Positions 52,450-61,755 of a DNA stretch of 64,000 nt are shown here, in pieces. Source of the stretch: Candidatus Saccharimonadota bacterium (GTDB lineage: Bacteria > Patescibacteriota > Saccharimonadia > Saccharimonadales > JACDBH01). The notes beneath the pieces were generated by a model. That model was not told the origin of the DNA, searched no databases, and saw only the letters and a list, made by a program, of their open reading frames with translations. The stretch covers positions 21,435 to 85,434 of the forward strand of contig JACDBH010000006.1 of assembly GCA_013694995.1 (NCBI GenBank), in the 5' to 3' direction. Every line of letters begins with the position of its first letter. Position 1 is the first letter of the stretch. Made by a program: the position numbers and the translations under genes.

Positions 52450-52703
52450 TGTTGTTTAACTCCCTCTCTTTAGCATTACTGATGGTACCCCTAACATACG
52501 CCTGAGAGAAATTGTTTGTCAATAGGTTATAGTTGCTTTTATAACTCTTTTCAATCAGTTAACAGGGGTAGAGAAAATAAAATAAAAATAAATCCACATG
52601 CTTAAGCACCTGACAGAAAAAGCAGGTTGATTCTTTATATATTTTTGCGATACACTGGTAAGCGTAACAATTATCAGATAAATAATAAGGTGGAAGAGGG
52701 TCT

Positions 52704-53249
52704 ATGGATTTTACTACTCGCGGTGGCCAACAGCCAGCTGCACCAGTTGCCACTCCGCAACAACCAAAAACATCTAAAAGGTTCCGAGACAGCAGGGGTA
52801 TGCGTATTATTTCGTCAGTACTTTTGGTTTCGGTCGCATTACTATTAGCAGCACTGGCGGTGTTCGTCGCAACCGGCGGCAGCAACCCCCAGAGCAATTT
52901 CATTAAAAAAGACAAGTTCCAGGCTGTCTTCTTAAACGGCGGCCAAGTGTATTTTGGCAAGATTAGAAATTTGAACGACAAGTATCTAACTATGGATAAC
53001 ATCTATTACTTGCGCGTCAACGAACAGGTCCAGCCGAATACCAACACCGACGCCAATGCCGCACAACAAGACATCAGCCTAGCCAAGCTTGGCTGTGAGT
53101 TGCACGGTCCTGATGACGCTATGGTAATAAACCAGGATCAGGTTACCTTCTGGGAGAACCTCAAGGACGATGGACAGGTTGTAAAAGCAATCACCGAATT
53201 CGTCAAAGCCAATCCAGATGGCCAGAAGTGTACTGAAGCTACTACCTAA
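52704..53249 (+). CDS. membrane-anchored extracytoplasmic protein, unknown function
   Basis: Disordered N-terminus, a TM (IISSVLLVSVALLLAALAVFVA) and a soluble domain with 2 Cys. SD AAGGTGG. Confidence 0.55.
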   Translation: MDFTTRGGQQPAAPVATPQQPKTSKRFRDSRGMRIISSVLLVSVALLLAALAVFVATGGSNPQSNFIKKDKFQAVFLNGGQVYFGKIRNLNDKYLTMDNIYYLRVNEQVQPNTNTDANAAQQDISLAKLGCELHGPDDAMVINQDQVTFWENLKDDGQVVKAITEFVKANPDGQKCTEATT

Positions 53250-53265
53250 AGTCTAAGTAGTTATT

Positions 53266-53297
53266 AAAAACAACCCCGGTCAAACGGGGTTGTTTTT
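53266..53297. terminator. bidirectional rho-independent terminator
   Basis: AAAAA-CAACCCCG-GTCAAA-CGGGGTTG-TTTTT, located between convergent genes. Confidence 0.75.
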
Positions 53298-53925
53298 AAT
53301 TATGTAGGCGGAGTTGCTGGTGCAGAATATATTCACTGACTATCCAGATTACAAATAATCCGAAAAACAATGCTGCTAATACCAAGCTCCAGCCGGCTAG
53401 ATCCGGTGACCAGCTTGGGGAAGCAAAGTCGAACTTGTAGGCATCCTCAGGGATAGTAACTGCCTTACCTTCCGGGGTGCCGTGAGTATCGACGTACTCC
53501 TGGATGCATGGGATACGGCCGCGGCCTGAGAATCCCGAGGCTATCTGTTGCTCGCAATAATCCTGGGCATCTGTATAGACTTGGTCATTCGTATTTTGAT
53601 TCTTGGCTTTTTCAGCCGCTACCAGCCGCTCATAGCGGTATTTGAGCTGTATCGGAGGCTTGATAGCATTATCACCAGCGGCCAAATCGGTGTTCATGTG
53701 TTTATAGACATGCTCCCTTAACGCCCGTAAAGCGCCTTCTACGTCACCGTCCTGCTCATCGGCGACAAATACTGCCGCCCGCAGTTCGATCATACGCTGG
53801 TTATTAGCCCTCAGCGCAAAAACGGCAATGATTAAGAAGAATATACTGGCTGCAAGCAGGATCCAGTTGGGTAGCTTGCGTAAAAAACCAAGCAAATGCT
53901 GCGCTTCGCGCTTATCCATAGCCAT
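53296..53925 (-). CDS. membrane protein (N- and C-terminal TM), unknown function
   Basis: Start moved to MAMDKREAQ (ATG at 53925). The track's 12 extra N-terminal codons fall in the GTAC-repeat region and read LCTLYYLLCTI, so they are probably non-coding. Confidence 0.55.
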   Translation of the reverse strand: MAMDKREAQHLLGFLRKLPNWILLAASIFFLIIAVFALRANNQRMIELRAAVFVADEQDGDVEGALRALREHVYKHMNTDLAAGDNAIKPPIQLKYRYERLVAAEKAKNQNTNDQVYTDAQDYCEQQIASGFSGRGRIPCIQEYVDTHGTPEGKAVTIPEDAYKFDFASPSWSPDLAGWSLVLAALFFGLFVIWIVSEYILHQQLRLHN

Positions 53926-54011
53926 AATAGTACAGAGTAAATAGTACAGAGTACATAGCATGGTTGCAGGCTGCTCTGTACTTTGTACTCAGTACTTTGT
54001 ACGCTAGTAGT
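53926..54011. promoter_or_regulatory. divergent control region with GTAC-core direct and inverted repeats
   Basis: ATAGTACAGAGTA occurs twice (53927-53939, 53941-53953). The inverted CTCTGTAC lies at 53974-53981. GTACTTTGTAC occurs twice (53978-53988, 53992-54002). Confidence 0.45.
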
Positions 54012-55319
54012 ATGCATATTTTCTTTTCTGGGATAGGGGGTACGGGCATCGGCCCGCTGGCACTAATTGCCAAGCAAGCCGGGCTTACGGTCAGCGGCTC
54101 CGACAAACAAGACAGCCAATACATCCAGTACCTTAAAAAACACGGCATAGAAGACATTTACATCGGCCAATCTCGTGAAGCCATCGAGAATTACCATAAC
54201 GTTAAGCCCATCGATTGGTACGTGTATTCGTCAGCTATCCAAAAAGAAAATCCTGACCATCCTGAGCTTCTGTTTGTTACTGAAAAAAATATTAAAAACA
54301 GCAAGCGCGACACTTTGCTTAATTACATAATTGAAGACAAGCAGCTTAAGCTGATTGCCGTTGCCGGCACCCATGGCAAGACCACGACCACGGCCATGAT
54401 GATATGGCTGATGAAGTCCTTAGGCCTGCCACTAAGTTATTCGGTAGGTGCCAAGATTGATTTTGGTGATATGGGGCACTACGATACCAGGAGCGAATAC
54501 TTTGTACTGGAGTGCGACGAGTTCGACCGCAACTTTCTTTCTTTTAAGCCTTACATGGCGTTAATAAGCGGCATCGGCTACGATCACCACGAGATTTATC
54601 CGACAATCCAAGCTTACCGCGAAGCTTTCCGCGAATTTTTGGGTAAGAGCGCCTGGCGATTCTTATGGCAAAGCGACATGGATCAGCTGACCCTAGACCT
54701 CGACTCTTCTTACATCCCCCTTGATGACAAATCGCCTGAGCTTCAGAAGCTGCACCTCTATGGCAGCGTCAACCGGCGTAATGCCTGGTTAGTCATTCAG
54801 GCAGCCAACAACATCACCAAGGAGCCGGTGGAGCGCCTAATAGGCATCATGAACAGGTTCCCCGGCGTCTCACGCCGCATGGAGCCCATTAAAAAACGCT
54901 TGTTTACCGATTACGCCCATACGCCGGACAAAATTAAAGGCGCCGTAGAAATTGGCTTGGAAATAGCCCGTGAACAAGGCCGCGACCTTGTGGTTGTTTA
55001 TGAACCACTGACTAACCGCCGCATGCACCACACACGCGAGGAGCACCGCGATATATTTAATGGCGTAAGTAAGCTCTACTGGGTGCCAAGCTACCTGGCG
55101 CGCGAAGATCCCGCCCTACCCGTGCTGACTCCTACAGAACTAATTACGAACCTCTCACCTGAACTTCAGGCGATTGCAGAGCCGGCTGAACTCAACAGTC
55201 AGCTTAAAAAAGCTATCAAACATCACCGCCGGCACAATATTGTCGTTTGCTTAAGTGGAGGCGGAGGTGGGTCTTTGGACGAATGGTTGAGGAAAGAATT
55301 CTCGGGCTTATTCAGCTAA
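54012..55319 (+). CDS. murC: Mur ligase family, UDP-N-acetylmuramate--L-alanine ligase-like
   Basis: MHIFFSGIGGTGIGPLA (MurC-type N-terminus), the GTHGKTTTT P-loop and the GVSRRME motif. Start placed at ATG 54012 rather than the track's TTG at 53964. Mpl-type ligase is not excluded. Confidence 0.65.
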   Translation: MHIFFSGIGGTGIGPLALIAKQAGLTVSGSDKQDSQYIQYLKKHGIEDIYIGQSREAIENYHNVKPIDWYVYSSAIQKENPDHPELLFVTEKNIKNSKRDTLLNYIIEDKQLKLIAVAGTHGKTTTTAMMIWLMKSLGLPLSYSVGAKIDFGDMGHYDTRSEYFVLECDEFDRNFLSFKPYMALISGIGYDHHEIYPTIQAYREAFREFLGKSAWRFLWQSDMDQLTLDLDSSYIPLDDKSPELQKLHLYGSVNRRNAWLVIQAANNITKEPVERLIGIMNRFPGVSRRMEPIKKRLFTDYAHTPDKIKGAVEIGLEIAREQGRDLVVVYEPLTNRRMHHTREEHRDIFNGVSKLYWVPSYLAREDPALPVLTPTELITNLSPELQAIAEPAELNSQLKKAIKHHRRHNIVVCLSGGGGGSLDEWLRKEFSGLFS

Positions 55320-55387
55320 CCAGCCTAATTCCCCATACATCTCGCCTTTAGAAATAGGGACGCGCGGTATTGTAAATATCCTTGAAT

Positions 55388-55732
55388 TTATCGGTTATCA
55401 CCGCTGCCGTGGGAAGCGCCGCGGGCTTTTCGATCGAGCACTTTGTCCAGATTTAATTGGGCGACTTCCTCGAGTGACAAACCCAAGTAATTACACATCG
55501 CTTGTAGGTACCATAAGACATCTCCCAGTTCTTTTTCTATGTCTTTTAATTGTCCTGCATCAAGATTACTCTGGTTGTCACGGTATATTTTTTTGAATTT
55601 TTCTGCAACTTCCCCACACTCACCAACCAAGCCGAGTAATTTGCTAATAAAAGCCGGCGAAGTAATTGGCTGCGACTTGCCACCAAATGTGTCAGTTGTG
55701 ATTGCCAGCTTTTGATAATCATCAAATGTCAT
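55388..55732 (-). CDS. MazG-like nucleotide pyrophosphohydrolase
   Basis: ECGEVAEKFKKIYRD and ELGDVLWYL (ExxE...ExxD). Start moved to the second ATG (MTFDDYQ) because GGAGG lies 5 nt upstream of it. Confidence 0.75.
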   Translation of the reverse strand: MTFDDYQKLAITTDTFGGKSQPITSPAFISKLLGLVGECGEVAEKFKKIYRDNQSNLDAGQLKDIEKELGDVLWYLQAMCNYLGLSLEEVAQLNLDKVLDRKARGASHGSGDNR

Positions 55733-55767
55733 AAAAACCTCCATTCAAACCTAATTGTACCGCGCCG

Positions 55768-57477
55768 TTAGCGAAGGATGCCGACAACAAACAAAAGCAC
55801 AACAACTACTAGGGCAGCAACCCATGTCAGCGGCCGAGTGGTGTAATGAATGACCTGCTGCGCAGCAGGATTCTGTAAGAGTGACTGGACGGGTGTTTTA
55901 GGCTTGGTTTCTTTGAACGGGCTTACAGTAACAGACTGAGCTGGCATAGAATTATCCTGTAAAACCGTTTGCCCAACCTGGAAGGCAATTTGTGGCTGCA
56001 AAGCCTCACGCTGCAATCGTTCCTGGCGCTGTTCATTGATGAATTCCTTGCCGTATGCAAGTTCCGGATTTTCAACGACTTTGCCGGTTTTTGCATCTTT
56101 TTCGATGCGGTGCCAGACACTGGTTTCTACCCGATGGCCGGGCTGAGTTTCGTAGGTTTCTTCGGTGATTGGCTGGTCTTCTGGTAGTTTTTTAGACTGT
56201 AGTTCGGGTTTTTCGGCATAAATTGTAGATTTCTCAGATCCGTTAGACCTCGCCTTTTCTGTAAGGGCTATTGGCTTTTCGACATTTGCAGCCGCGCCCA
56301 TTGTTTCAAAAGGCTTCGCAAGCGCACTAAACCCTCGCCGAGGCATTTCATAAACTAGTGGTGGTGGAACGCTTGGCGCGGCTTCATTGGTGTGCACCTT
56401 AGGTGCTTCCTGGCCGTTTTTAAAGAATTTTAAGCGCTCATCAACTGTTGCTAGGTTGGATTTTAGTTGTTCGAGCTTATTGTCTCGTTTCTTAAGCTCA
56501 ATTTTTGCCTTGGTTTCAGCTCGACGTTCACCGCGACGCCTACCTAACCACAAACCAACTAGGCCGCCGGATAGCACTCCACGCCTGAGGCCGCCTCGTT
56601 CGGCACGATATAAATCATCACTAGTATATTCATACTCTTTACGATCGCTAGAGGCACCGGCAACAGCGGCCCGTTCATAGCCGGCGTTTTCAATAGCTGG
56701 GTGGTTCAGACGGTCGATAACCTCAGTTTCAAGCGTAGTTTTATTAATGGGTTCAGTCGGCAAAGCTTCAGGAGTAACGGGCGCGCTAGAACTAGATACT
56801 GGTACTTCAGTAGGGTTTGCATCTACAGTTTCATTGGGAAATTTTTCGGCATGAGTTGGGCTATCCAGTTTAAAGGATTCGGGCTTTTTTGTTTGGTCAG
56901 GACCAACTTCGGTTGCCGTTAGCTGCGGATTCTCTTCCGCGCTTGAAACCGGTTCGCTTTCTGTGACCTTGCTAGCCTCGGGTACTTCAGGCAGCGTTAA
57001 TTCGGGCAGGCGAGCAGACTGAGCCTCCACAGGGGACTGAAAATCTGCATCCTCCTGCCTATCAGTTTCCGGCTGAGTTTCGGCCCGCGTTATAATCACG
57101 TCTTCTTCTGCAAATTCACCTTCCAGGTTTTGGGGGAGAGTTTTTTCTAATTTGAATTTATTCTTATCTAGATCCTTGTCTAGATCTTCTGCTCTAGTCT
57201 CATCTTCTAATTTAGTGTCAAGCTTATATGCTGGAGCTTTGAGCGATTTTTTATCTTTAACTTCTGGAGTTTCTTCTGCTTTTTTTCCGAATAATTCATC
57301 AAGTGGCTTTTCTTTAATATCCGCTGATTTTTTATCCGGTTTCGCAGACTCAGTTTTAACAGGCAACGGAATACGGGTGGTTTTCTTTTTCTTTTTTTTG
57401 CCCGTTTCGCTATCACCAGTTTTTTCTGGTTTTATACTTGATTCTGATGGTGACAACGGAAAATTTTCCATAGGCAT
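55768..57477 (-). CDS. large low-complexity (Lys/Glu/Pro-rich) tail-anchored protein
   Basis: 569 aa, mostly disordered and charged. An internal GLVGLWLGRRRGERR segment. C-terminal TM LTWVAALVVVVLLFVVGILR. Confidence 0.55.
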   Translation of the reverse strand: MPMENFPLSPSESSIKPEKTGDSETGKKKKKKTTRIPLPVKTESAKPDKKSADIKEKPLDELFGKKAEETPEVKDKKSLKAPAYKLDTKLEDETRAEDLDKDLDKNKFKLEKTLPQNLEGEFAEEDVIITRAETQPETDRQEDADFQSPVEAQSARLPELTLPEVPEASKVTESEPVSSAEENPQLTATEVGPDQTKKPESFKLDSPTHAEKFPNETVDANPTEVPVSSSSAPVTPEALPTEPINKTTLETEVIDRLNHPAIENAGYERAAVAGASSDRKEYEYTSDDLYRAERGGLRRGVLSGGLVGLWLGRRRGERRAETKAKIELKKRDNKLEQLKSNLATVDERLKFFKNGQEAPKVHTNEAAPSVPPPLVYEMPRRGFSALAKPFETMGAAANVEKPIALTEKARSNGSEKSTIYAEKPELQSKKLPEDQPITEETYETQPGHRVETSVWHRIEKDAKTGKVVENPELAYGKEFINEQRQERLQREALQPQIAFQVGQTVLQDNSMPAQSVTVSPFKETKPKTPVQSLLQNPAAQQVIHYTTRPLTWVAALVVVVLLFVVGILR

Positions 57478-57522
57478 GATATAGAGTAAATACTATACAA
57501 CTTTTTAGTATTTAATACAATA

Positions 57523-58176
57523 CTATTCTAGTGTTAGACTGATTGTTTGGCCATCGGTAGGCTTTAGAAAAGATATACCCTTGCCGGCGAAGTAAACCTC
57601 ACAACGCTCGTACATACTGATACGCCAATGGTCATTCCACATCCAGTCGTGGATTGGCATAATATATTTGGGATGCAGTTTATCGGATAATTTTATTCCA
57701 TCAATAGCAGAACCCCAGGGCCCCGCTAGAGGTAGAGCAAAAATTGCTTTGGATTTATCAACCTGGTAACTATCGCCAGGATGCGTCAATACCCCTAGTA
57801 CATCAACCAGAATATTATCCGCTGTAACGCCGCCACTTAGTGGTTCCATGCTTTCATGTTGGGCATGCTGGGCATGAATAAGTTGCGTGCTGTTATCGAC
57901 GTGGATGCCGCTGGCTGTCAGCTGGGCTTTTAAGGATGATGGGCTAACAATCTTTACATGCGGAAACCACTGAACCAGCTGCTGCACGAAGGGCAAGTAA
58001 AAATGGTCGAAGTGCTCATGAGTGATGGCGATTGCATCCAGGCGCTGCAAAGAGTTAGCCGTAAACAGCCCGGATTCAAAAGACATCTGGCCCGGGTCAA
58101 TCAGTACCGTGGCTTTCTCTGACTCCAATAACAGGCAGGCATGGACGTATTTGGTCAGCTTAAACTGTAGTGGCAT
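57523..58176 (-). CDS. MBL-fold metallo-hydrolase
   Basis: The ITHEHFDH (HxHxDH) motif plus downstream His/Asp ligands. 217 aa. Confidence 0.75.
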   Translation of the reverse strand: MPLQFKLTKYVHACLLLESEKATVLIDPGQMSFESGLFTANSLQRLDAIAITHEHFDHFYLPFVQQLVQWFPHVKIVSPSSLKAQLTASGIHVDNSTQLIHAQHAQHESMEPLSGGVTADNILVDVLGVLTHPGDSYQVDKSKAIFALPLAGPWGSAIDGIKLSDKLHPKYIMPIHDWMWNDHWRISMYERCEVYFAGKGISFLKPTDGQTISLTLE

Positions 58177-58181
58177 TATAC

Positions 58182-58490
58182 TTACCCGCCAAAGGCAAAA
58201 TAAGCAGCAGCAGCCAGTACCACGACTATAACGATAACTAGCATGATAAGCATAGCGGGACCTTGCTTTTTAGCTGTAGCAACCGGTGCAGCTACGGGAG
58301 CTGGTGCTGACGAAATGGCAGTCTGGTCCCCTTCAGGAGCTTCTGGTGCCGGAGCTGGCGCAACCGGTTCGCTGGTGACAGGTGGCTGAGGGCCTTCTAC
58401 CGAAGCTTCTGTTGGTGCTGGTGCCACTGGTGGCACAGTAGATTCTGGTGGGTTGTTATTTTCCGATGGCGTGTTGTTGGATGGATCCAT
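58182..58490 (-). CDS. Pro/Ala-rich tail-anchored protein
   Basis: 102 aa. Repeats of the PAPxPEAP type. C-terminal TM MLIMLVIVIVVVLAAAAYFAF. Confidence 0.45.
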   Translation of the reverse strand: MDPSNNTPSENNNPPESTVPPVAPAPTEASVEGPQPPVTSEPVAPAPAPEAPEGDQTAISSAPAPVAAPVATAKKQGPAMLIMLVIVIVVVLAAAAYFAFGG

Positions 58491-58629
58491 ATATTTTCCT
58501 TATAGTTATATTGATTATTATCTTCTTACATTATACAGCATAAGCGTACCTCGAAGAGTCTGTAGATATAGCTTATGCAGTCGGAATTTTAATAGCTGCA
58601 TCTGTTATGCTATTAGGTAAGTATTAATC

Positions 58630-59466
58630 ATGATAGCTTGGTTTATCCGCCTCCTGAAACGTTTGGTCGTCCTGCTACTCGGTGGGGTATTTGTTTACGT
58701 TGCAGTCCGGAAAGTCTTCCCATTTTTTGACAACCGGGCTCCGGCCGCCTTGGCATTATTCGCAACCTATGTATTTACCGCCTATTTTCTCATTCCTGCA
58801 ACTGCACGCGTGTACCGGATCTTTGTGCGTGCCAAACATATTCCGCTGTACTGTGTTACGCCCGACGGCTATGCCAGCGACCCGATTAATATTGGCTTGA
58901 TTGGCACGCACGAACAGATTGAGAGCTCAATGCAAAAGGCTGGCTGGTTCACGACTGATAAGCGTACTATCCGCAGTTTAAGCCGCATGCTTATGGCATT
59001 GGTATTCCGCCGCCCTTACCCTACAGCACCTTTTAGCAACTTGTATTTGTTTGGCCGAAAGCAAGACCTGGGCTTCCAAAAACCAGTCGGCAGCAGCCCT
59101 TCTCATCGACATCATGTGCGTTTTTGGGCTTGCCACTTGGAAGGTCCCGAGGCTTTTCATCAGGATGTACGGTTCTGGCAGCGATTTCACCGCCCTAGTC
59201 GGGACAAAAGTAGCCGCCAGCTATGGGTTGGGGCAGCATCGCGGGATATCGGCATCGTACCGATCAGGCATAACGCCCAGCTGACTCACTCGATTGCGCC
59301 CGACACCAACGCTGAGCGCGAATTGATAGTGGAGGACCTACGCAACGCTCACAAGGTCGAAAAGACCCTCACTGAGCGGTTAGGAGAAGCCTACAAGCTC
59401 CGCAATAGAGCCTTCGGCGGCTACCTCCACACCGACGGCAAAATCCGAATTTGTATTTTGAAATAA
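58630..59466 (+). CDS. LssY-C-terminal-domain-like membrane protein
   Basis: Two N-terminal TM helices, then a domain with PSHRHHVRFW and RQLWVGAASRDIG that resembles the LssY_C family. Recognised from memory only. Confidence 0.45.
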   Translation: MIAWFIRLLKRLVVLLLGGVFVYVAVRKVFPFFDNRAPAALALFATYVFTAYFLIPATARVYRIFVRAKHIPLYCVTPDGYASDPINIGLIGTHEQIESSMQKAGWFTTDKRTIRSLSRMLMALVFRRPYPTAPFSNLYLFGRKQDLGFQKPVGSSPSHRHHVRFWACHLEGPEAFHQDVRFWQRFHRPSRDKSSRQLWVGAASRDIGIVPIRHNAQLTHSIAPDTNAERELIVEDLRNAHKVEKTLTERLGEAYKLRNRAFGGYLHTDGKIRICILK

Positions 59467-59532
59467 AATGAGAGAACCATTCCAGAAAATACCTTAAGCT
59501 TTGCTTGGGCCGCGCATGTCTGTCTCAATTAT

Positions 59533-61713
59533 TTAGTAGTAGAACCAACGGTCGACGCCATTCGTGTCAGTGACATCCCCAATCTTCCTAGCCTCGCCGC
59601 CATCAGTATTCAGAACATAATCTGCTGTCTCTTTACCGTCATTAATCCTATAGATGATGTACTTTTCATTCAACCAATAGACCGGCGTCTTGAGTCCACT
59701 CCGGTTGGCAATTGTTATTTCATTCTTTGTGGACTTGTCATAGTTTAGTAGCACGCCTTTGCCGTCACGAGTGTCTACCCAGAGACTAAAGTTATTACTG
59801 GGGTTATCGGCAAACACCCGGCTGTACTGCGAACTCGGGGCCGTGCCTACTTTAGCCCCTTCGGCTGAACCGATTGTGTAGGTGTACCAGGACGCGCCGG
59901 TGCTGATATCGAGAATATCGTATGAACTACGGAAGATGTTATAGACTTCTTTATCGAGGATAGTCTTAAGATTTGCTCCGTCCGGGTCGGCTACATAAAG
60001 CCCAGTGGCAGTATTTTCCTGGAAGATGTTCGACGGGGCGTAATACACCTTGTCTGCCACCATCATAACGTCATTGAAGGAATTTGAACTGGCTAGCTCT
60101 TTGACATCAGTGTAGTCCTTGTTATTAAAACTCATCAGCCGGTGGCGCTTAGGATCGGATCCGCTCGCCCCAGCCGCTATTTTTACATAAACCAATTGTC
60201 CAACTTTTGACCAGCCGACTATCTGTATCTGCTCCGACTGGTCAATCTTGACCAGTTCACCGTCTTTTGTGTCAACAACATAAAGTGTTGATAGTAGATA
60301 TCCACTGCCATTACGGACGTTCTCCCTCGAGGCTACGAATGCAGCGATGTTATCCTGCTGGTGCGACACCAGCGTAATGTCGTCGCGTTCCAGTCCGGTG
60401 CCAGGGACGATCTTGGTTTCGTTCTTGCCGTCGATATGGGCAGTGTAGACATCATACTTGCCGGAGCGCTTGGATACGAAGACGTGCTTACGATCCGGCA
60501 CCATATTGACACTCTGGGCTTCTTTATTGCTGACAGTTAGTTTGACGGTTTCGGTCCGATAATCCTTAGCGCTCAGATCTACAGAAATCTCGGCATCGTC
60601 CGCTTCTTCCCCCGTATCAAGTGTCAGAACAATTTTGCCTTCATTATCGGCGCTAGCATTACCATCACCCGATGTAGCTTCGACATTCTCGAGCGGTTTG
60701 TCGCTTAAATAATCTTTAACGTAAAAGGTATACTGGCTACCGACAGCACTAACCGTAAAGTCGCCAATCGGGTTGCTACCCCAGCCAACTATAATAAACT
60801 GCTCGCTGCTTGAAAATGCCCGCTTTTCAATTAAAAGCTTCGTGCGGCCTAGGCGAAGGTTTTCGAGTTTTACTTGGCCGTCACTGTCAGTCTGCCCACT
60901 GACCCGTGCGGCGCTGACCTTAACATTCTTGAGTGGCTGCATCGTACCGCCGTCAATCACCCGGACCTGCAACGATGACCTGACGCCCACTGTATTAAGG
61001 ACAAAATACCGGCTGTATGGCACCACAATTACTGCCAGAAGTAAGATAATAACGCTACTGATTACTCCCCAGCGTCCCGCCGGATTGGCCCAGATACTTC
61101 TAAAAAAGTTTCTAAGTCGGCCCTTTTGGGGCGACTTAGGCTCTACCTCTTCTTCGTCCAGGGCTTTTTCTAAATCGTCGGCGTCGAGTAACTTGTCACT
61201 CTCTTCGGCTACGATGTCGTCAATCGCCTTATCAGTAACGGCATCTTCTAAGACGTTGGCTTCATTATCCTCAGGAATAGGCTGTTCGGCCGGCTCTTCC
61301 TGGCCTATACCCTCAGCATCTTCAGTTTCATCAGTGTTTACAAGCCCGTCTGCTTCGTCAGATTCAGCGAGTTCTGTCTCTCCTGCCTCATCTAACTCTT
61401 CCGTTGCCTGCAAGGCATCTATAAGTTCATCACTAACCGGCGCATCGGGGTCAATGGCTTCTTCCAAAGCCTCGTCTTGATTGTTGCCAATCGGAATTTC
61501 GGTTTCAGTTTCCTCAGCACTCTCCACAGTTATTTTGGTCTTGCCTAAATCTGGAGCCATCTTTTTAAGCGACTCGTTGGTTTCTTGGGCAACAGCCGAA
61601 ATATCCTTCTCCGCTTCATCAAGGGACGAGGTAACTTTGATTGATTTAGGGGGCTTTATTGCTTCCTGAGCGTCTTTATCCGGCAACTCAGGAGTGCTTG
61701 CTGCACGTTTCAT
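59533..61713 (-). CDS. large single-pass membrane protein: acidic cytoplasmic N-terminus, extracellular beta-sandwich and beta-propeller-like regions
   Basis: A ~200-aa Asp/Glu-rich N-terminus, a TM (WGVISSVIILLLAVIVV), carboxypeptidase-regulatory-like segments, then TolB/PD40-like repeats. Confidence 0.6.
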   Translation of the reverse strand: MKRAASTPELPDKDAQEAIKPPKSIKVTSSLDEAEKDISAVAQETNESLKKMAPDLGKTKITVESAEETETEIPIGNNQDEALEEAIDPDAPVSDELIDALQATEELDEAGETELAESDEADGLVNTDETEDAEGIGQEEPAEQPIPEDNEANVLEDAVTDKAIDDIVAEESDKLLDADDLEKALDEEEVEPKSPQKGRLRNFFRSIWANPAGRWGVISSVIILLLAVIVVPYSRYFVLNTVGVRSSLQVRVIDGGTMQPLKNVKVSAARVSGQTDSDGQVKLENLRLGRTKLLIEKRAFSSSEQFIIVGWGSNPIGDFTVSAVGSQYTFYVKDYLSDKPLENVEATSGDGNASADNEGKIVLTLDTGEEADDAEISVDLSAKDYRTETVKLTVSNKEAQSVNMVPDRKHVFVSKRSGKYDVYTAHIDGKNETKIVPGTGLERDDITLVSHQQDNIAAFVASRENVRNGSGYLLSTLYVVDTKDGELVKIDQSEQIQIVGWSKVGQLVYVKIAAGASGSDPKRHRLMSFNNKDYTDVKELASSNSFNDVMMVADKVYYAPSNIFQENTATGLYVADPDGANLKTILDKEVYNIFRSSYDILDISTGASWYTYTIGSAEGAKVGTAPSSQYSRVFADNPSNNFSLWVDTRDGKGVLLNYDKSTKNEITIANRSGLKTPVYWLNEKYIIYRINDGKETADYVLNTDGGEARKIGDVTDTNGVDRWFYY

Positions 61714-61755
61714 CTAAGAGTTAGCATAACAGAAATCAACCTCTGTTAGCTAGTG

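Noticed and set aside
52559-53002. 147-aa minus-strand ORF and the 52627..52848 plus-strand ORF, both overlapping 52704..53249
   Set aside because: They are shadow frames of the better-supported plus-strand gene, which has SD AAGGTGG, a TM anchor and a terminator. Their composition is Cys/Trp/Pro-odd.
60773-61480. 235-aa plus-strand ORF and the many other long antisense ORFs in the track (for example 1763..2035, 10382..10735, 19420..19815, 21358..21783, 37393..37830, 56387..56680)
   Set aside because: All lie opposite longer ORFs with recognisable domains or coherent TM/signal architecture. They have the Ser/Leu/Arg-rich composition typical of antisense frames.
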